The notes: a model not told the origin generated them from the sequence alone. Positions 37,719-46,566 are shown, numbered from the stretch's first letter. The stretch is 64,000 nt of DNA from an uncultured Actinomycetes bacterium (GCA_963709345.1 CAVPVX010000001.1:291480-355479); one strand, 5' to 3'. Numbers and translations: made by a program.

Positions 37719-38629
37719 CAGTCTTCCACCAGGTGTCCGGTGAGCTTGAGGAACACGTCTTCGAGGCTCGGCTCGACGACTCGGAGGTCGTCCGGAGCGA
37801 GGCCGCGGTCCACGAGAGCCGCGGCCACATGGGCGAGCAGCGGGCCGGTGCCCTCTACCATGACCCGAGGACCTCGTCGAGTGACGCTGCGCGCGCCCGC
37901 CACCTCGCTCAGCCACTCGAGCTCGGGCACGCCGCAGGTGAACACCACCTGCTCGAACGGGTCATACCGGACCACCAACCCGCGTGGGGTATCGAGAGCG
38001 ATCAGGCGGCCCTTGTCGACCACCGCGACACGGTCGCAGAGCCGCTCCGCCTCGTCCATGAAGTGAGTGACCAGCACCACGGTGGTGCCGCGGTCGCGGA
38101 TTCTCTCGATGAGGTCCCAGGCGACGCGGCGGGCGGCGGGGTCCAGCCCCGTCGTCATCTCGTCGAGAAAGACGACCTCGGGTGAGCTGACCAGCGCCAG
38201 AGCTATGAACAGGCGCTGGCGCTGCCCTCCCGAGAGACTCGAGAAGGAAGCGTTCCGCTTCTCCGCGAGCCCCCACTGCTCCAGCAGGGTGGGCCAGTCG
38301 ACGGCTCCCGGGGCGAGACTGGAGAAGAGGTCGAGCGCCTCCCACACCTTGAGATGGTCGGGGAGGTGCGACTCCTGCAGCTGGCAGCCCATGCGGCCAC
38401 GGAGGTCGCCGGCCTGCGTGCGCGGGTCCTTGCCGAGCACGCGCACCGTGCCGGCGGTGGCGGTCCGCAGCCCCTGCACACACTCGACGGTCGTCGTCTT
38501 GCCGGCGCCGTTCGAGCCGAGCAGACCGAAGATCTCGCCGCGCTCGACCTCGAAGGAGATATCGTCGACCGCCACGACGTGATGACCGTAGACCTTACGC
38601 AAGTGCTCGACACTGATGACGGAGGCCAT
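37718..38629 (-). CDS. ABC transporter ATP-binding protein
   Basis: Contains GSNGAGKTT, LSGGQRQRLFIALAL and VFLDEMTTGLD. Confidence 0.9.
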   Translation of the reverse strand: MASVISVEHLRKVYGHHVVAVDDISFEVERGEIFGLLGSNGAGKTTTVECVQGLRTATAGTVRVLGKDPRTQAGDLRGRMGCQLQESHLPDHLKVWEALDLFSSLAPGAVDWPTLLEQWGLAEKRNASFSSLSGGQRQRLFIALALVSSPEVVFLDEMTTGLDPAARRVAWDLIERIRDRGTTVVLVTHFMDEAERLCDRVAVVDKGRLIALDTPRGLVVRYDPFEQVVFTCGVPELEWLSEVAGARSVTRRGPRVMVEGTGPLLAHVAAALVDRGLAPDDLRVVEPSLEDVFLKLTGHLVED

Positions 38630-38644
38630 GCCGTTGAGCGTACC

Positions 38645-39049
38645 CTACGGCGCCGGAGTCACGCCGTCGGCGCGCTCGTGCACCCAGACCGGCTCCAGTG
38701 TCCCGTCGGGGAGCTCGAGGTCGACGACCAGCTGGCCGTTCCCGCCCTGACTGACCCGCAGATCGGACTTGCGCGGGACGCCGGGAGGTGGCGAGGCGTT
38801 GGACTCGCCGTCGACGTTCGCCAGCACGCATGCGATGTACCCGTCTTCGACCGTGCCGAGGACCGTCCGATCCATCCCGCTCGTCAGGTTCACGAACGTG
38901 AGCGACGCGCCATCAACCTGCAGCGCAATGCTGAGCGTGAAGTCCGGATTCGGCGTTCCCGCCTCGACACGGTGCCACGTCCCGACGTAGGCGCCGAGCC
39001 CGCTGACGGCCGAGCCGCCGACGCGGAGCGTGCCGCGCCCCCTGGTCAC
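38645..39049 (-). CDS. hypothetical protein (beta-rich, 134 aa)
   Basis: Its GTG overlaps the accA stop (GTGA). No family recognised. Confidence 0.55.
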   Translation of the reverse strand: MTRGRGTLRVGGSAVSGLGAYVGTWHRVEAGTPNPDFTLSIALQVDGASLTFVNLTSGMDRTVLGTVEDGYIACVLANVDGESNASPPPGVPRKSDLRVSQGGNGQLVVDLELPDGTLEPVWVHERADGVTPAP

Positions 39050-40074
39050 TCGAGCGTCGTGGAATAGCCGCCGAACAGGGACATGCTACCGGGCGGCTGC
39101 TCGGGGTCGCTCCAGCGACCGAGACGGCGAAAGCGCTCGCGTCGCTGCCGGCGGCGTGCCTGCGGAGGTATCTGGTCGAGCTCGGCGAGGGTCTCCGCGA
39201 TCGCCTCGCCGAGCCGCTGCGCCGTGGCCTCCGGGTGGTGATGAGCGCCACCGCGAGACTCCGCCACGACGCGCTCGACGGCCCCGAGCTGGAGCAGGTG
39301 CGAGGCGGTCGGGCGCAGCGCCTCGGCCGCCTGCGGCGCGAAGTCGGCGTCACGCCACAGGATCGCGGCACAGCCCTCGGGGGTGATCACCGAGTACGTG
39401 GAGTTCTCCAGCATGAGCACACGGTCGGCGACCGCGAGGGCGAGAGCTCCGCCGGAGCCGCCCTCGCCGATGATGGTCGCGATCACGGGCACGGTGAGAC
39501 GGGCCATGGTGAGCAGGCTTTCCGCGATGGCTCGCGCCTGCCCGCCCTCCTCCGCGGCGACACCCGGGTACGCACCCGGGGTGTCGACGAAGGTGAGCAC
39601 CGGCAATCCGTGGCGCTCCGCCAGCCGAAACAGCCGCTGCGCCTTGCGATAGCCCTCGGGTCGAGCCATGCCGAAGTTGTGCACCGTCTGCTCGTCGAGG
39701 GTGCGCCCCTTCTGGTGGCCGACGACGAGCACGGCCCGGCCGTGGAACCAGCCGAGCCCGCCGACGATCGCCGGGTCGTCGGCGCCCAGGCGGTCGCCCT
39801 TGAGCTCCTCGAACCCGTCGACGAGCAGGCCGATGTAGTCGCGCGTGCGTGGGCGCTCCTTGTGGCGCGCCAGCTCGACGGTGACCCAGATGTCATGGCG
39901 ACTACTCTCGCGCCGGAGGCCCCTCAGCCTCCCCTGGATCTTCTCGATCTCCTCTGACAAGTGAACGCCGGGCATAAGTGGCAAGCGTCCGAGCTCGCCC
40001 AAGCGTTGCCTGAGCCAGCCGGCCTGTGCGTCGTGCTCCCGCTTCGTCTCCTTCTCCTCGGTCAGGTTCCTCAC
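39046..40074 (-). CDS. accA: acetyl-CoA carboxylase carboxyltransferase subunit alpha
   Basis: Contains ARHKERPRTRDYI, FVDTPGAYPG, GEGGSGGALA and VITPEGCAAILW. Proposed GTG start at 40074 (VRNLTEEKE...). Confidence 0.85.
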   Translation of the reverse strand: MRNLTEEKETKREHDAQAGWLRQRLGELGRLPLMPGVHLSEEIEKIQGRLRGLRRESSRHDIWVTVELARHKERPRTRDYIGLLVDGFEELKGDRLGADDPAIVGGLGWFHGRAVLVVGHQKGRTLDEQTVHNFGMARPEGYRKAQRLFRLAERHGLPVLTFVDTPGAYPGVAAEEGGQARAIAESLLTMARLTVPVIATIIGEGGSGGALALAVADRVLMLENSTYSVITPEGCAAILWRDADFAPQAAEALRPTASHLLQLGAVERVVAESRGGAHHHPEATAQRLGEAIAETLAELDQIPPQARRRQRRERFRRLGRWSDPEQPPGSMSLFGGYSTTLE

Positions 40075-40894
40075 CCCCTCCCAGAAGTCGCAGGTAGTTG
40101 CCGACCTTGACCCGGAGGTCCTTGCGCGCGACGACCGCGTCGAGGTGGCCCAGTTCCAGATTGCGCTCGGCGCTGCCAAAGCCCTCGGGCAGCGTCTCCC
40201 GCGTGGTCTCCGCGATCACGCGCGGACCCGAGAAGCTGAGCAGCGCTCCGGGCTCGGCGATACAGATGTCGGCGAGCGTCGCGAAGCTCGCGACTACGCC
40301 GCCGGTGCATGGGTCGACGAGGACGGCCACGAACGGCGATGTGGCCTCGTTGATCACGTCCACCGCGCAGCTTGTCTTGGCCATCTGCATGAGGCTGAGA
40401 ATGCCCTCCTGCATGCGCGCGCCGCCGGAGCTGCAGACCGCCACCAGCGGCAGGTCTTCCCCGGCGGCCAGCTCGGCGCTGCGCCAGAGCTTCTCGCCGA
40501 CGACGCTGCCCATGCTCCCGCCCATGAAGCCGAAGTCCATGACGGCGAGCACGCACGGCGTACCGTCGATGCTCGCCGTGCCGGTGACGATAGCCTCGCT
40601 CAGGCCGGTCTTGGCCTGTGCCTCGCGGACCCGCTCCGGGTACTTCTCGACATCGGTGAAGTCGAGCGGGTCAAGCGTCGTGACCATCGTCCACAGCTCA
40701 CGGAACGTGCTCTCGTCCGCAAGCTGCCGGATGCGCTCACGAGCGCCGATGCGGACGTGGTGGCCGCAGTGCGGGCACACCATCAGATTGTCGCGGACCT
40801 CGTGGCTCCTGGCGCCCTCGCCACACGAGGGACAGACCCATTCGGGCTTCGCCGGCTCGTTGTTGCGGCGCTCGATCTCGACGGTGACGTTCAT
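39902..40894 (-). CDS. accD: acetyl-CoA carboxylase carboxyltransferase subunit beta (with 173-nt 3-prime extension into accA)
   Basis: Zinc ribbon CPSCGE...CPHCGH, and MDFGFMGGSMGSVVGEK. The conserved part ends at ...VGNYLRLLGGG near 40075. The tail beyond that is low-complexity and overlaps accA. Confidence 0.85.
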   Translation of the reverse strand: MNVTVEIERRNNEPAKPEWVCPSCGEGARSHEVRDNLMVCPHCGHHVRIGARERIRQLADESTFRELWTMVTTLDPLDFTDVEKYPERVREAQAKTGLSEAIVTGTASIDGTPCVLAVMDFGFMGGSMGSVVGEKLWRSAELAAGEDLPLVAVCSSGGARMQEGILSLMQMAKTSCAVDVINEATSPFVAVLVDPCTGGVVASFATLADICIAEPGALLSFSGPRVIAETTRETLPEGFGSAERNLELGHLDAVVARKDLRVKVGNYLRLLGGGEEPDRGEGDEAGARRTGRLAQATLGRARTLATYARRSLVRGDREDPGEAEGPPARE

Positions 40895-40939
40895 GGGTGA
40901 GCGACTGCCCTCTTCGGGGGCCGGGTCACGACGACGGCC

Positions 40940-42196
40940 TCAGCCGTCGTAGCGACGGAAGACGAGGGCGACGTTGTGACCGCCGAAGCCAAAGCTGTTG
41001 CTGGCGGCAACGTCGACCTTCTGGAACCTCGACTCGAGCGGCACGTAGTCGAGGTCGCACTCCGGGTCGGGATCGGTCAGATTGATCGTCGGCGGAATCA
41101 GGCTGTTGACCATGGTCAGGACCGTGGCGACCGCCTCGATGGCGCCTGCGGCGCCGAGGCAGTGGCCGATCATCGACTTGTTCGACGAGATGGCGACTTC
41201 GTACGCGTGGTCTCCGAGCGCCTGCTTGATGGCGCGGGTCTCGGCGATGTCGCCGGCGCCGGTCGCGGTGCCGTGCGCGTTCACGTAGTCGACCGCGTCC
41301 GGCTCGAGCCCGGCCTCCGCCAGGGCCATACGGACCGCGCGGGCCTGCGACTCGCCGCTCTCGTCCGGCAGGGTCATGTGGAAGGCGTCGCTGCTCATCC
41401 CGCTGCCGGCCAGTTCGGCGTAGATCCGGGCGCCGCGAGCCTGGGCGTGCCCGAGCTCCTCGAGCACGAGACAGCCGGAGCCCTCGCCGACCACGAATCC
41501 GTCACGGCCGGAATCGAACGGCCGTGAGGCGTGCCGGGGATCATCGTTGCGCGTGCTCAGAGCGCGCGCCGCCGCGAAGCCGGAGATGCCGACGGGGCTG
41601 ATCGGCGCCTCGCTGCCGCCGGCGAACATGACGTCCGCGTCGCCGTGGCGGATGATCCGCGCCGCGTAGCCGATCGCGTCGGACCCGGCGGCGCACGCGG
41701 TGCAGGTGGCGCTCAGCGGGCCCTTGGTACCCAACTCCAGTGAGACATGCGCGGCGCCCATGTTGGGAATCATCATCGGGACCAGCAGCGGATTCGTCCG
41801 GTCGGGACCCTGATGCAGCAACTTGTCGGTCTCGGTGTGCAGTGTCTGCAGGCCCCCGACGCCGCTGCCGACGACCGCGCCGACCCTGTCCGACTCGGGC
41901 CGCGCGTCGAACCCGGCGTCGGCGGCCGCGTCCTTGGCCGCCGCGACGGCGTAGCGGCTGAAGAGGTCGAGTCTGCGCACCTTGCGCTTGTCGATGTAGG
42001 CCTCGGCATCGAAATCCTGGACCTCGGCGGCGATGTGGACCTTGTAGCCCGTCGTATCGAAGCGGGTGATCTCGCCGACACCGGAGTCACCGGCGATGAG
42101 ACGGCGCCAGAAGGTGTCGACGTCGTTGCCGAGCGGCGAGATCACGCCGAGCCCGGTGACGACGACCCTCCGATTCTGTGCGAGTGCGCGTTCCAC
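40940..42196 (-). CDS. fabF: beta-ketoacyl-ACP synthase II
   Basis: Contains RRVVVTGLGVISPLG, ATCTACAAGSDAIG, NAHGTATGAGD and SNSFGFGGHN. GTG at 42196 lies 10 nt after the fabG stop and is preceded by GGGAG. Confidence 0.9.
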   Translation of the reverse strand: MERALAQNRRVVVTGLGVISPLGNDVDTFWRRLIAGDSGVGEITRFDTTGYKVHIAAEVQDFDAEAYIDKRKVRRLDLFSRYAVAAAKDAAADAGFDARPESDRVGAVVGSGVGGLQTLHTETDKLLHQGPDRTNPLLVPMMIPNMGAAHVSLELGTKGPLSATCTACAAGSDAIGYAARIIRHGDADVMFAGGSEAPISPVGISGFAAARALSTRNDDPRHASRPFDSGRDGFVVGEGSGCLVLEELGHAQARGARIYAELAGSGMSSDAFHMTLPDESGESQARAVRMALAEAGLEPDAVDYVNAHGTATGAGDIAETRAIKQALGDHAYEVAISSNKSMIGHCLGAAGAIEAVATVLTMVNSLIPPTINLTDPDPECDLDYVPLESRFQKVDVAASNSFGFGGHNVALVFRRYDG

Positions 42197-42206
42197 GAGA
42201 CTCCCG

Positions 42207-42962
42207 TCAGATCCCGAGGCCGCCGTCGACGGGCAGGACGACGCCCGTGAGGAACCGCGCCTGCGGCGAGGCCAGGTAGACGACCGCAGCGGCAACATCC
42301 TCGGTCGTCCCGATGCTCTTGAGTGGTGTCGCGTCCACGATCATCTGCCTCGTCTCTTCCGGCAACGCCTGGGTCATCGGTGTGTCGATGTAGCCGGGAG
42401 CGATGGCGTTGACACGCACGCCGCGCGCGCCGAGCTCCTTGGCCAGCGACTTGGTGAGGCCGATGATCCCCGCCTTCGCCGCAGCGTAGTTCGCCTGGCC
42501 CGCGTTCCCGCGACGGCCGACCACACTGGAGAGGTTGATGATACAGCCGGCGCGGCGGCGGAACATCCTGCGCGCCGCCGCCTTGCTGACCAGGAAGGTC
42601 CCGCGCAGGTGAGTCGCGATCACCGCGTCGAAGTCCGCCGGGTCCATCATCATGGCCACGTTGTCGCGAGTGATGCCGGCGTTGTTGACGACGATACCGA
42701 GTGGGCCGAGGTCCTTCTCGGCACGCTCGACCATGCCGCTCACCTGCTCCTCGTCCGATACGTCGCCCATGACGACGAGTCCCCTGCGCCCGAGCCCCTC
42801 GATCTCGGCAACCACCGCGGCGCAGGCGTCGGCGCCGGCAAAGTCGTTGACGGCCACGTCGGCGCCGGCGGACGCGAGGGCGAGGGCGATGCCGCGGCCA
42901 ATACCGCGGCCGGCACCGGTCACGAGGGCCGTCGCGCCGGTCAAGTCCAGTTCTACTGTCAC
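42207..42962 (-). CDS. fabG: 3-oxoacyl-ACP reductase
   Basis: Contains ALVTGAGRGIGRGIA, NNAG and YAAAKAG. Its GTG start overlaps the fabD stop. Confidence 0.9.
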   Translation of the reverse strand: MTVELDLTGATALVTGAGRGIGRGIALALASAGADVAVNDFAGADACAAVVAEIEGLGRRGLVVMGDVSDEEQVSGMVERAEKDLGPLGIVVNNAGITRDNVAMMMDPADFDAVIATHLRGTFLVSKAAARRMFRRRAGCIINLSSVVGRRGNAGQANYAAAKAGIIGLTKSLAKELGARGVRVNAIAPGYIDTPMTQALPEETRQMIVDATPLKSIGTTEDVAAAVVYLASPQARFLTGVVLPVDGGLGI

Positions 42963-43891
42963 ACGTCCTCCAGATAGCGGCCGTCGTCGCGCAGCGCCTG
43001 CAGCGTCTCCAGGTCGGAGACGCGAGCGGTCTGCGCCCGAGGCTCGATGCGCTTGACGAGGCCGGTGAGCACCGCGCCCGGGCCGACCTCCAAGTACGAA
43101 TCATAACCCGCCGCAAACAAGGTGCTCACCGACTGGCCGAAGCGGACGGGTGAGATGAGCTGCCGCTGCAGGAGCTCAGTGAACGAATCGGTCTCGAAGT
43201 CGACGCTGCAGCCCGAGAAAAACGCGGGGTCCGGAGTCCTCCACTCGGTGCGCTCGAACTCCTCCCGCAGCGGTTCGAGCGCCGACTCCACGAGCGGCGA
43301 GTGGAAGGCGCCGCTCACGGCGAGCGGGATGACTCTCTTGGCCCCGGCCGCCTTGGCCTTCTCACCGAACTCCTCCAAAGAGGCCTTGCAGCCGCTCACG
43401 ACGACCTGGCCGGGACAGTTGAAGTTAGCCGGCCAGACGCCGTCCTGCTCGGCGCAGAGCGCGTCGATGACGGCGTCGTCCAGCCCGATGATCGCGGTCA
43501 TGCCGCCCGGATTGGCATCGGCGGCGCGCAGCATCTCCTGACCGCGCCGCCGCACGATGCGCAGCGCGTCGACGAAGTCCACTGCGCCGGTCGCGACCAG
43601 CGCTGAGAACTCACCCAGGCTGTGTCCGATAGCCACGTCGAAGCGTAAGCCCTCTTCGCGCAGAACGCGGAGCATGCCGACGGCTGCGGCCAGAAGCGCC
43701 GGCTGCGTGAAGTCGGTGCGCGAGAGCTGGTCCGCAGGACCTTCGGCGCAGAGACACTCGAGATCGTAGCCGAGCACGACGGAGGCGTCCGCGTAGGTCT
43801 CGCGCATCGCGGAGTGCGCGGCGACGAGGTCGCAGCCCATGCCGAGGGCCTGCGATCCCTGGCCAGGGAACATGACGACGAGTCTCTGCAC
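42959..43891 (-). CDS. fabD: ACP S-malonyltransferase
   Basis: Contains FPGQGSQALGMG, GHSLGEFSAL and AFHSPL. Confidence 0.9.
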   Translation of the reverse strand: MQRLVVMFPGQGSQALGMGCDLVAAHSAMRETYADASVVLGYDLECLCAEGPADQLSRTDFTQPALLAAAVGMLRVLREEGLRFDVAIGHSLGEFSALVATGAVDFVDALRIVRRRGQEMLRAADANPGGMTAIIGLDDAVIDALCAEQDGVWPANFNCPGQVVVSGCKASLEEFGEKAKAAGAKRVIPLAVSGAFHSPLVESALEPLREEFERTEWRTPDPAFFSGCSVDFETDSFTELLQRQLISPVRFGQSVSTLFAAGYDSYLEVGPGAVLTGLVKRIEPRAQTARVSDLETLQALRDDGRYLEDV

Positions 43892-43898
43892 GGGGGCT

Positions 43899-44906
43899 CT
43901 ACAGCTCCCACTTCGTGAGGCAGGAGCCCCAGGTCAGTCCCGCGCCGAAGCCCGCCAGGAGCAACGTGTCCCCCTTCTTGAGGCGGCCGCTCTCGCTGGC
44001 CTCGTGCAAGCAGATAGGGATCGATGCGCAGGACGTGTTGCCGTAGCGGTCGAGGTTGGCGAACACCTGGCCCTCGCGCATGCCCAGCCGGCGAGACGCC
44101 GACTCGATGATGCGGATGTTGGCCTGATGTGGCACGAAAAGGTCCACATCTTCGACGCCGATCCCCGCATCGTCAAGCACCTTGCGGCACGACTCGGCGA
44201 CCGTGCGCGTCGCGAACTTGAACACCTCGCTGCCGCTCATGTGCATGGCGTGCTCGTGGTCGCGGACCGTCTCGAACGTGGCCGGCATGCGGCTGCCGCC
44301 GGCCGGCACGAGCAGGTCTGCGGCGCCGCTGCCGTCGTTGCCCAGGTCGAAGCTGAAGATGCTGCCGTTGTCGGTGGGCTGCACGAGCACCGCGCCGGCG
44401 CCGTCGCCGAAGAGCACGCAGGTGCTGCGGTCCTCCCAGTCCACCATCTTGCTGAGCACCTCGGCGCCGATCACGAGGACGTTCTTGTAGATGTTGGCCG
44501 AGACGAAGGCGGTGGCGATCGCGAGGCCGTACACGAAGCCGGTACAGCCGGCCTGCACGTCGAAGGCACCGGCCTTGGTCGCATGTATCTTCTCGGCCAC
44601 GATCGACGCCGTGGCGGGCATGATGTGGTCCGGCGAGATCGTCGTGACGATGACGAGGTCGAGCTCGTCGGCGGCGAACCCGGCCGACTCGAGGCAGCGG
44701 CGCGCGGCGATCTCCCCGAGGTCACTCGCCGCCTGGTCGACCCGTGCGATGCGGCGCTCGCGGATGCCGGTCCGAGTGAGGATCCACTCGTCCGAGGTAT
44801 CGAGGAACTGGCTGATCTCGTCATTGGTGAGCACGCGCTCGGGCACATGCACACCGAGAGCGCTGATGCGCGCCCCGCGCACGAGGCCGCGACGGAGACC
44901 GATCAC
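43899..44906 (-). CDS. fabH: beta-ketoacyl-ACP synthase III
   Basis: Contains DEWILTRTGIRERR, QAGCTGFVYGL, VPHQANIRI and GNTSCASIP. Its GTG overlaps the fabZ stop (GTGA). Confidence 0.9.
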   Translation of the reverse strand: MIGLRRGLVRGARISALGVHVPERVLTNDEISQFLDTSDEWILTRTGIRERRIARVDQAASDLGEIAARRCLESAGFAADELDLVIVTTISPDHIMPATASIVAEKIHATKAGAFDVQAGCTGFVYGLAIATAFVSANIYKNVLVIGAEVLSKMVDWEDRSTCVLFGDGAGAVLVQPTDNGSIFSFDLGNDGSGAADLLVPAGGSRMPATFETVRDHEHAMHMSGSEVFKFATRTVAESCRKVLDDAGIGVEDVDLFVPHQANIRIIESASRRLGMREGQVFANLDRYGNTSCASIPICLHEASESGRLKKGDTLLLAGFGAGLTWGSCLTKWEL

Positions 44907-45412
44907 AGCTTCGCCTGTCCCGCGGCAACGGCCTCCGCGTCGACGATCGCGAACAGCAGCTCGCCGCGGCACGCCAGCTGGCCGCCGACGGTCGCCTTGA
45001 CCTTGGCGCGGCCGACGGGTCCGTGGACAGCGACGATCTCGGCCTCGAGACGGAGCGTGTCGCCGGGCTTGCACACGCGCTTGAAGCGGACCTTGTCGAT
45101 GCCGGCGAAGAGGCCGACCTTGCCGCCGCCCGGGCCCGCATCGGCCGCTGAGTGGGCGGCGGCCGCCGCGCCTTCTGCGGGCGGAGCGGTGGCCGCCGCG
45201 ATCGTCGCCGTCTGGGCGAGCGCCTCGACGATGAGCACGCCGGGCATCACCGGGTTGCCGGGGAAGTGCCCGGCGAACCAGTAGTCGTCGTCGCGAAGCG
45301 TGCGCGTCGCTACGCAGCGCACGCCTTCGACGCCGTCGACGACTTCGTCCACGAGCAGGAAGGGCGGCCGATGCGGAAGCAGGTCGAGGACCTGCTCGTG
45401 GGAGAGATTCAC
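44903..45412 (-). CDS. fabZ: 3-hydroxyacyl-ACP dehydratase
   Basis: Contains LLPHRPPFLLVD, HFPGNPVMPGVLIVEALAQ and GIDKVRFKRVCKPGD. Carries an extra Ala/Gly-rich insert. Confidence 0.85.
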   Translation of the reverse strand: MNLSHEQVLDLLPHRPPFLLVDEVVDGVEGVRCVATRTLRDDDYWFAGHFPGNPVMPGVLIVEALAQTATIAAATAPPAEGAAAAAHSAADAGPGGGKVGLFAGIDKVRFKRVCKPGDTLRLEAEIVAVHGPVGRAKVKATVGGQLACRGELLFAIVDAEAVAAGQAKL

Positions 45413-45840
45413 AGTGTCTCCAGTTCCCTGGAGCGGCGCAAATGCCGGCGCTCGAGCTGGATGATGACGGCGGCGGCGGCGATGCCGGCGCCGATGACGT
45501 TCTTGACGGGGATGGTGCGGCCCCCCGGCAGCGGGATGCGGCCGAGCGTTTCGTCGAGCCTGTCCAGCGCGTCGTTGACGGCTCGGCCGAACGGCCTCAG
45601 CGAACCGGGAGCCGGCTCGGCCTCAACCGCGGCCATGACCCTATCGGCGAACCCCGGCGGCGTGGCCAGCTCGAGCCGGCCCCACTCGGCGAGCGCTACG
45701 CGCACCGCGGCCGTCTGGGCGAGCTCCGCGGCGCAGTCCGGGCAGAAGCTCAGGTGAGCTTGGAGCTCCGCGACCTCGAGGTAGCCCGTCTCCCCGTCGA
45801 TGTACTCGTTGATGCGCTCGCGAAAGTAGCTGCAGTCCAT
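45409..45840 (-). CDS. zinc-finger (HxxxCxxC) anti-sigma factor with one C-terminal TM helix
   Basis: Contains AELQAHLSFCPDCAAEL and the hydrophobic VIGAGIAAAAVII. Its start shares one base with the sigma stop. Confidence 0.75.
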   Translation of the reverse strand: MDCSYFRERINEYIDGETGYLEVAELQAHLSFCPDCAAELAQTAAVRVALAEWGRLELATPPGFADRVMAAVEAEPAPGSLRPFGRAVNDALDRLDETLGRIPLPGGRTIPVKNVIGAGIAAAAVIIQLERRHLRRSRELETL

Positions 45841-46448
45841 CAGCGAGCGCTCCGCGTGCCGGCGCCGGCGGGGCCCGTACCGGGCCCGGCGCCCTCCGCC
45901 CGCAACCGCAGCCGCAGCGAAGCGCGCCCGCGATGCACCATCACCTTGACCGTGCCCAGAGGCCGGCCGGTGAGGTCGGCGATCTCCTGGTACGGCAGCC
46001 CGTAGACGTCGCGGAGCACCGTCGGGACGCGGTAGTCCTCAGGGAGGTCTCGCAGGGCCGAAGTGAGCGTCGCCGACGTCACACCCTCGCCCAGCTCCGG
46101 CGTGGAGTCGTCGACGAGTTCCGGCACCTCGACCGGCTCGGGACGGCGCTTCTCGCGGCGCTGGTAGTCGATGGTCGACGAGAGCGCGAGCCGGAACAGC
46201 CACGTCGAGAAGGCCGCCTCGGCGCGGTACTGCGGCAGCTTGCGATAGCAGCGCAGAAAGGCCTCCTGCGCCGCGTCTTCGGCGTCGGTGTGGTTGCCGA
46301 GCACGTTGTAAGCCACCGAATAGACCATGCCCTGATAGCGCTCCACGATCAGTTTGAAGGCGTCGGCGTCGCCCCCGGCCGCGCGCAGGACCTCTGCGGG
46401 CGTAGGGTCGGGCAACGCTGCCCACTTGTGGAGTTTAGACGCAGACAT
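45840..46448 (-). CDS. ECF-type RNA polymerase sigma-70 factor
   Basis: Region 2 DAEDAAQEAFLRCYRKL...FSTWLFRLA. Region 4 YGLPYQEIADLTGRPLGTVKVMVHRGRASL. Confidence 0.85.
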   Translation of the reverse strand: MSASKLHKWAALPDPTPAEVLRAAGGDADAFKLIVERYQGMVYSVAYNVLGNHTDAEDAAQEAFLRCYRKLPQYRAEAAFSTWLFRLALSSTIDYQRREKRRPEPVEVPELVDDSTPELGEGVTSATLTSALRDLPEDYRVPTVLRDVYGLPYQEIADLTGRPLGTVKVMVHRGRASLRLRLRAEGAGPGTGPAGAGTRSAR

Positions 46449-46566
46449 GCGGCAGGGAGTTACACCTGATCCGGGAGCGGATTCGAAAAGCAATCAAGTG
46501 TACACCCGCGCCGACCGGCGCTCGGCCGCCACCCCACCCGGAGCGGATCGCGCGATTCCGGTATCC

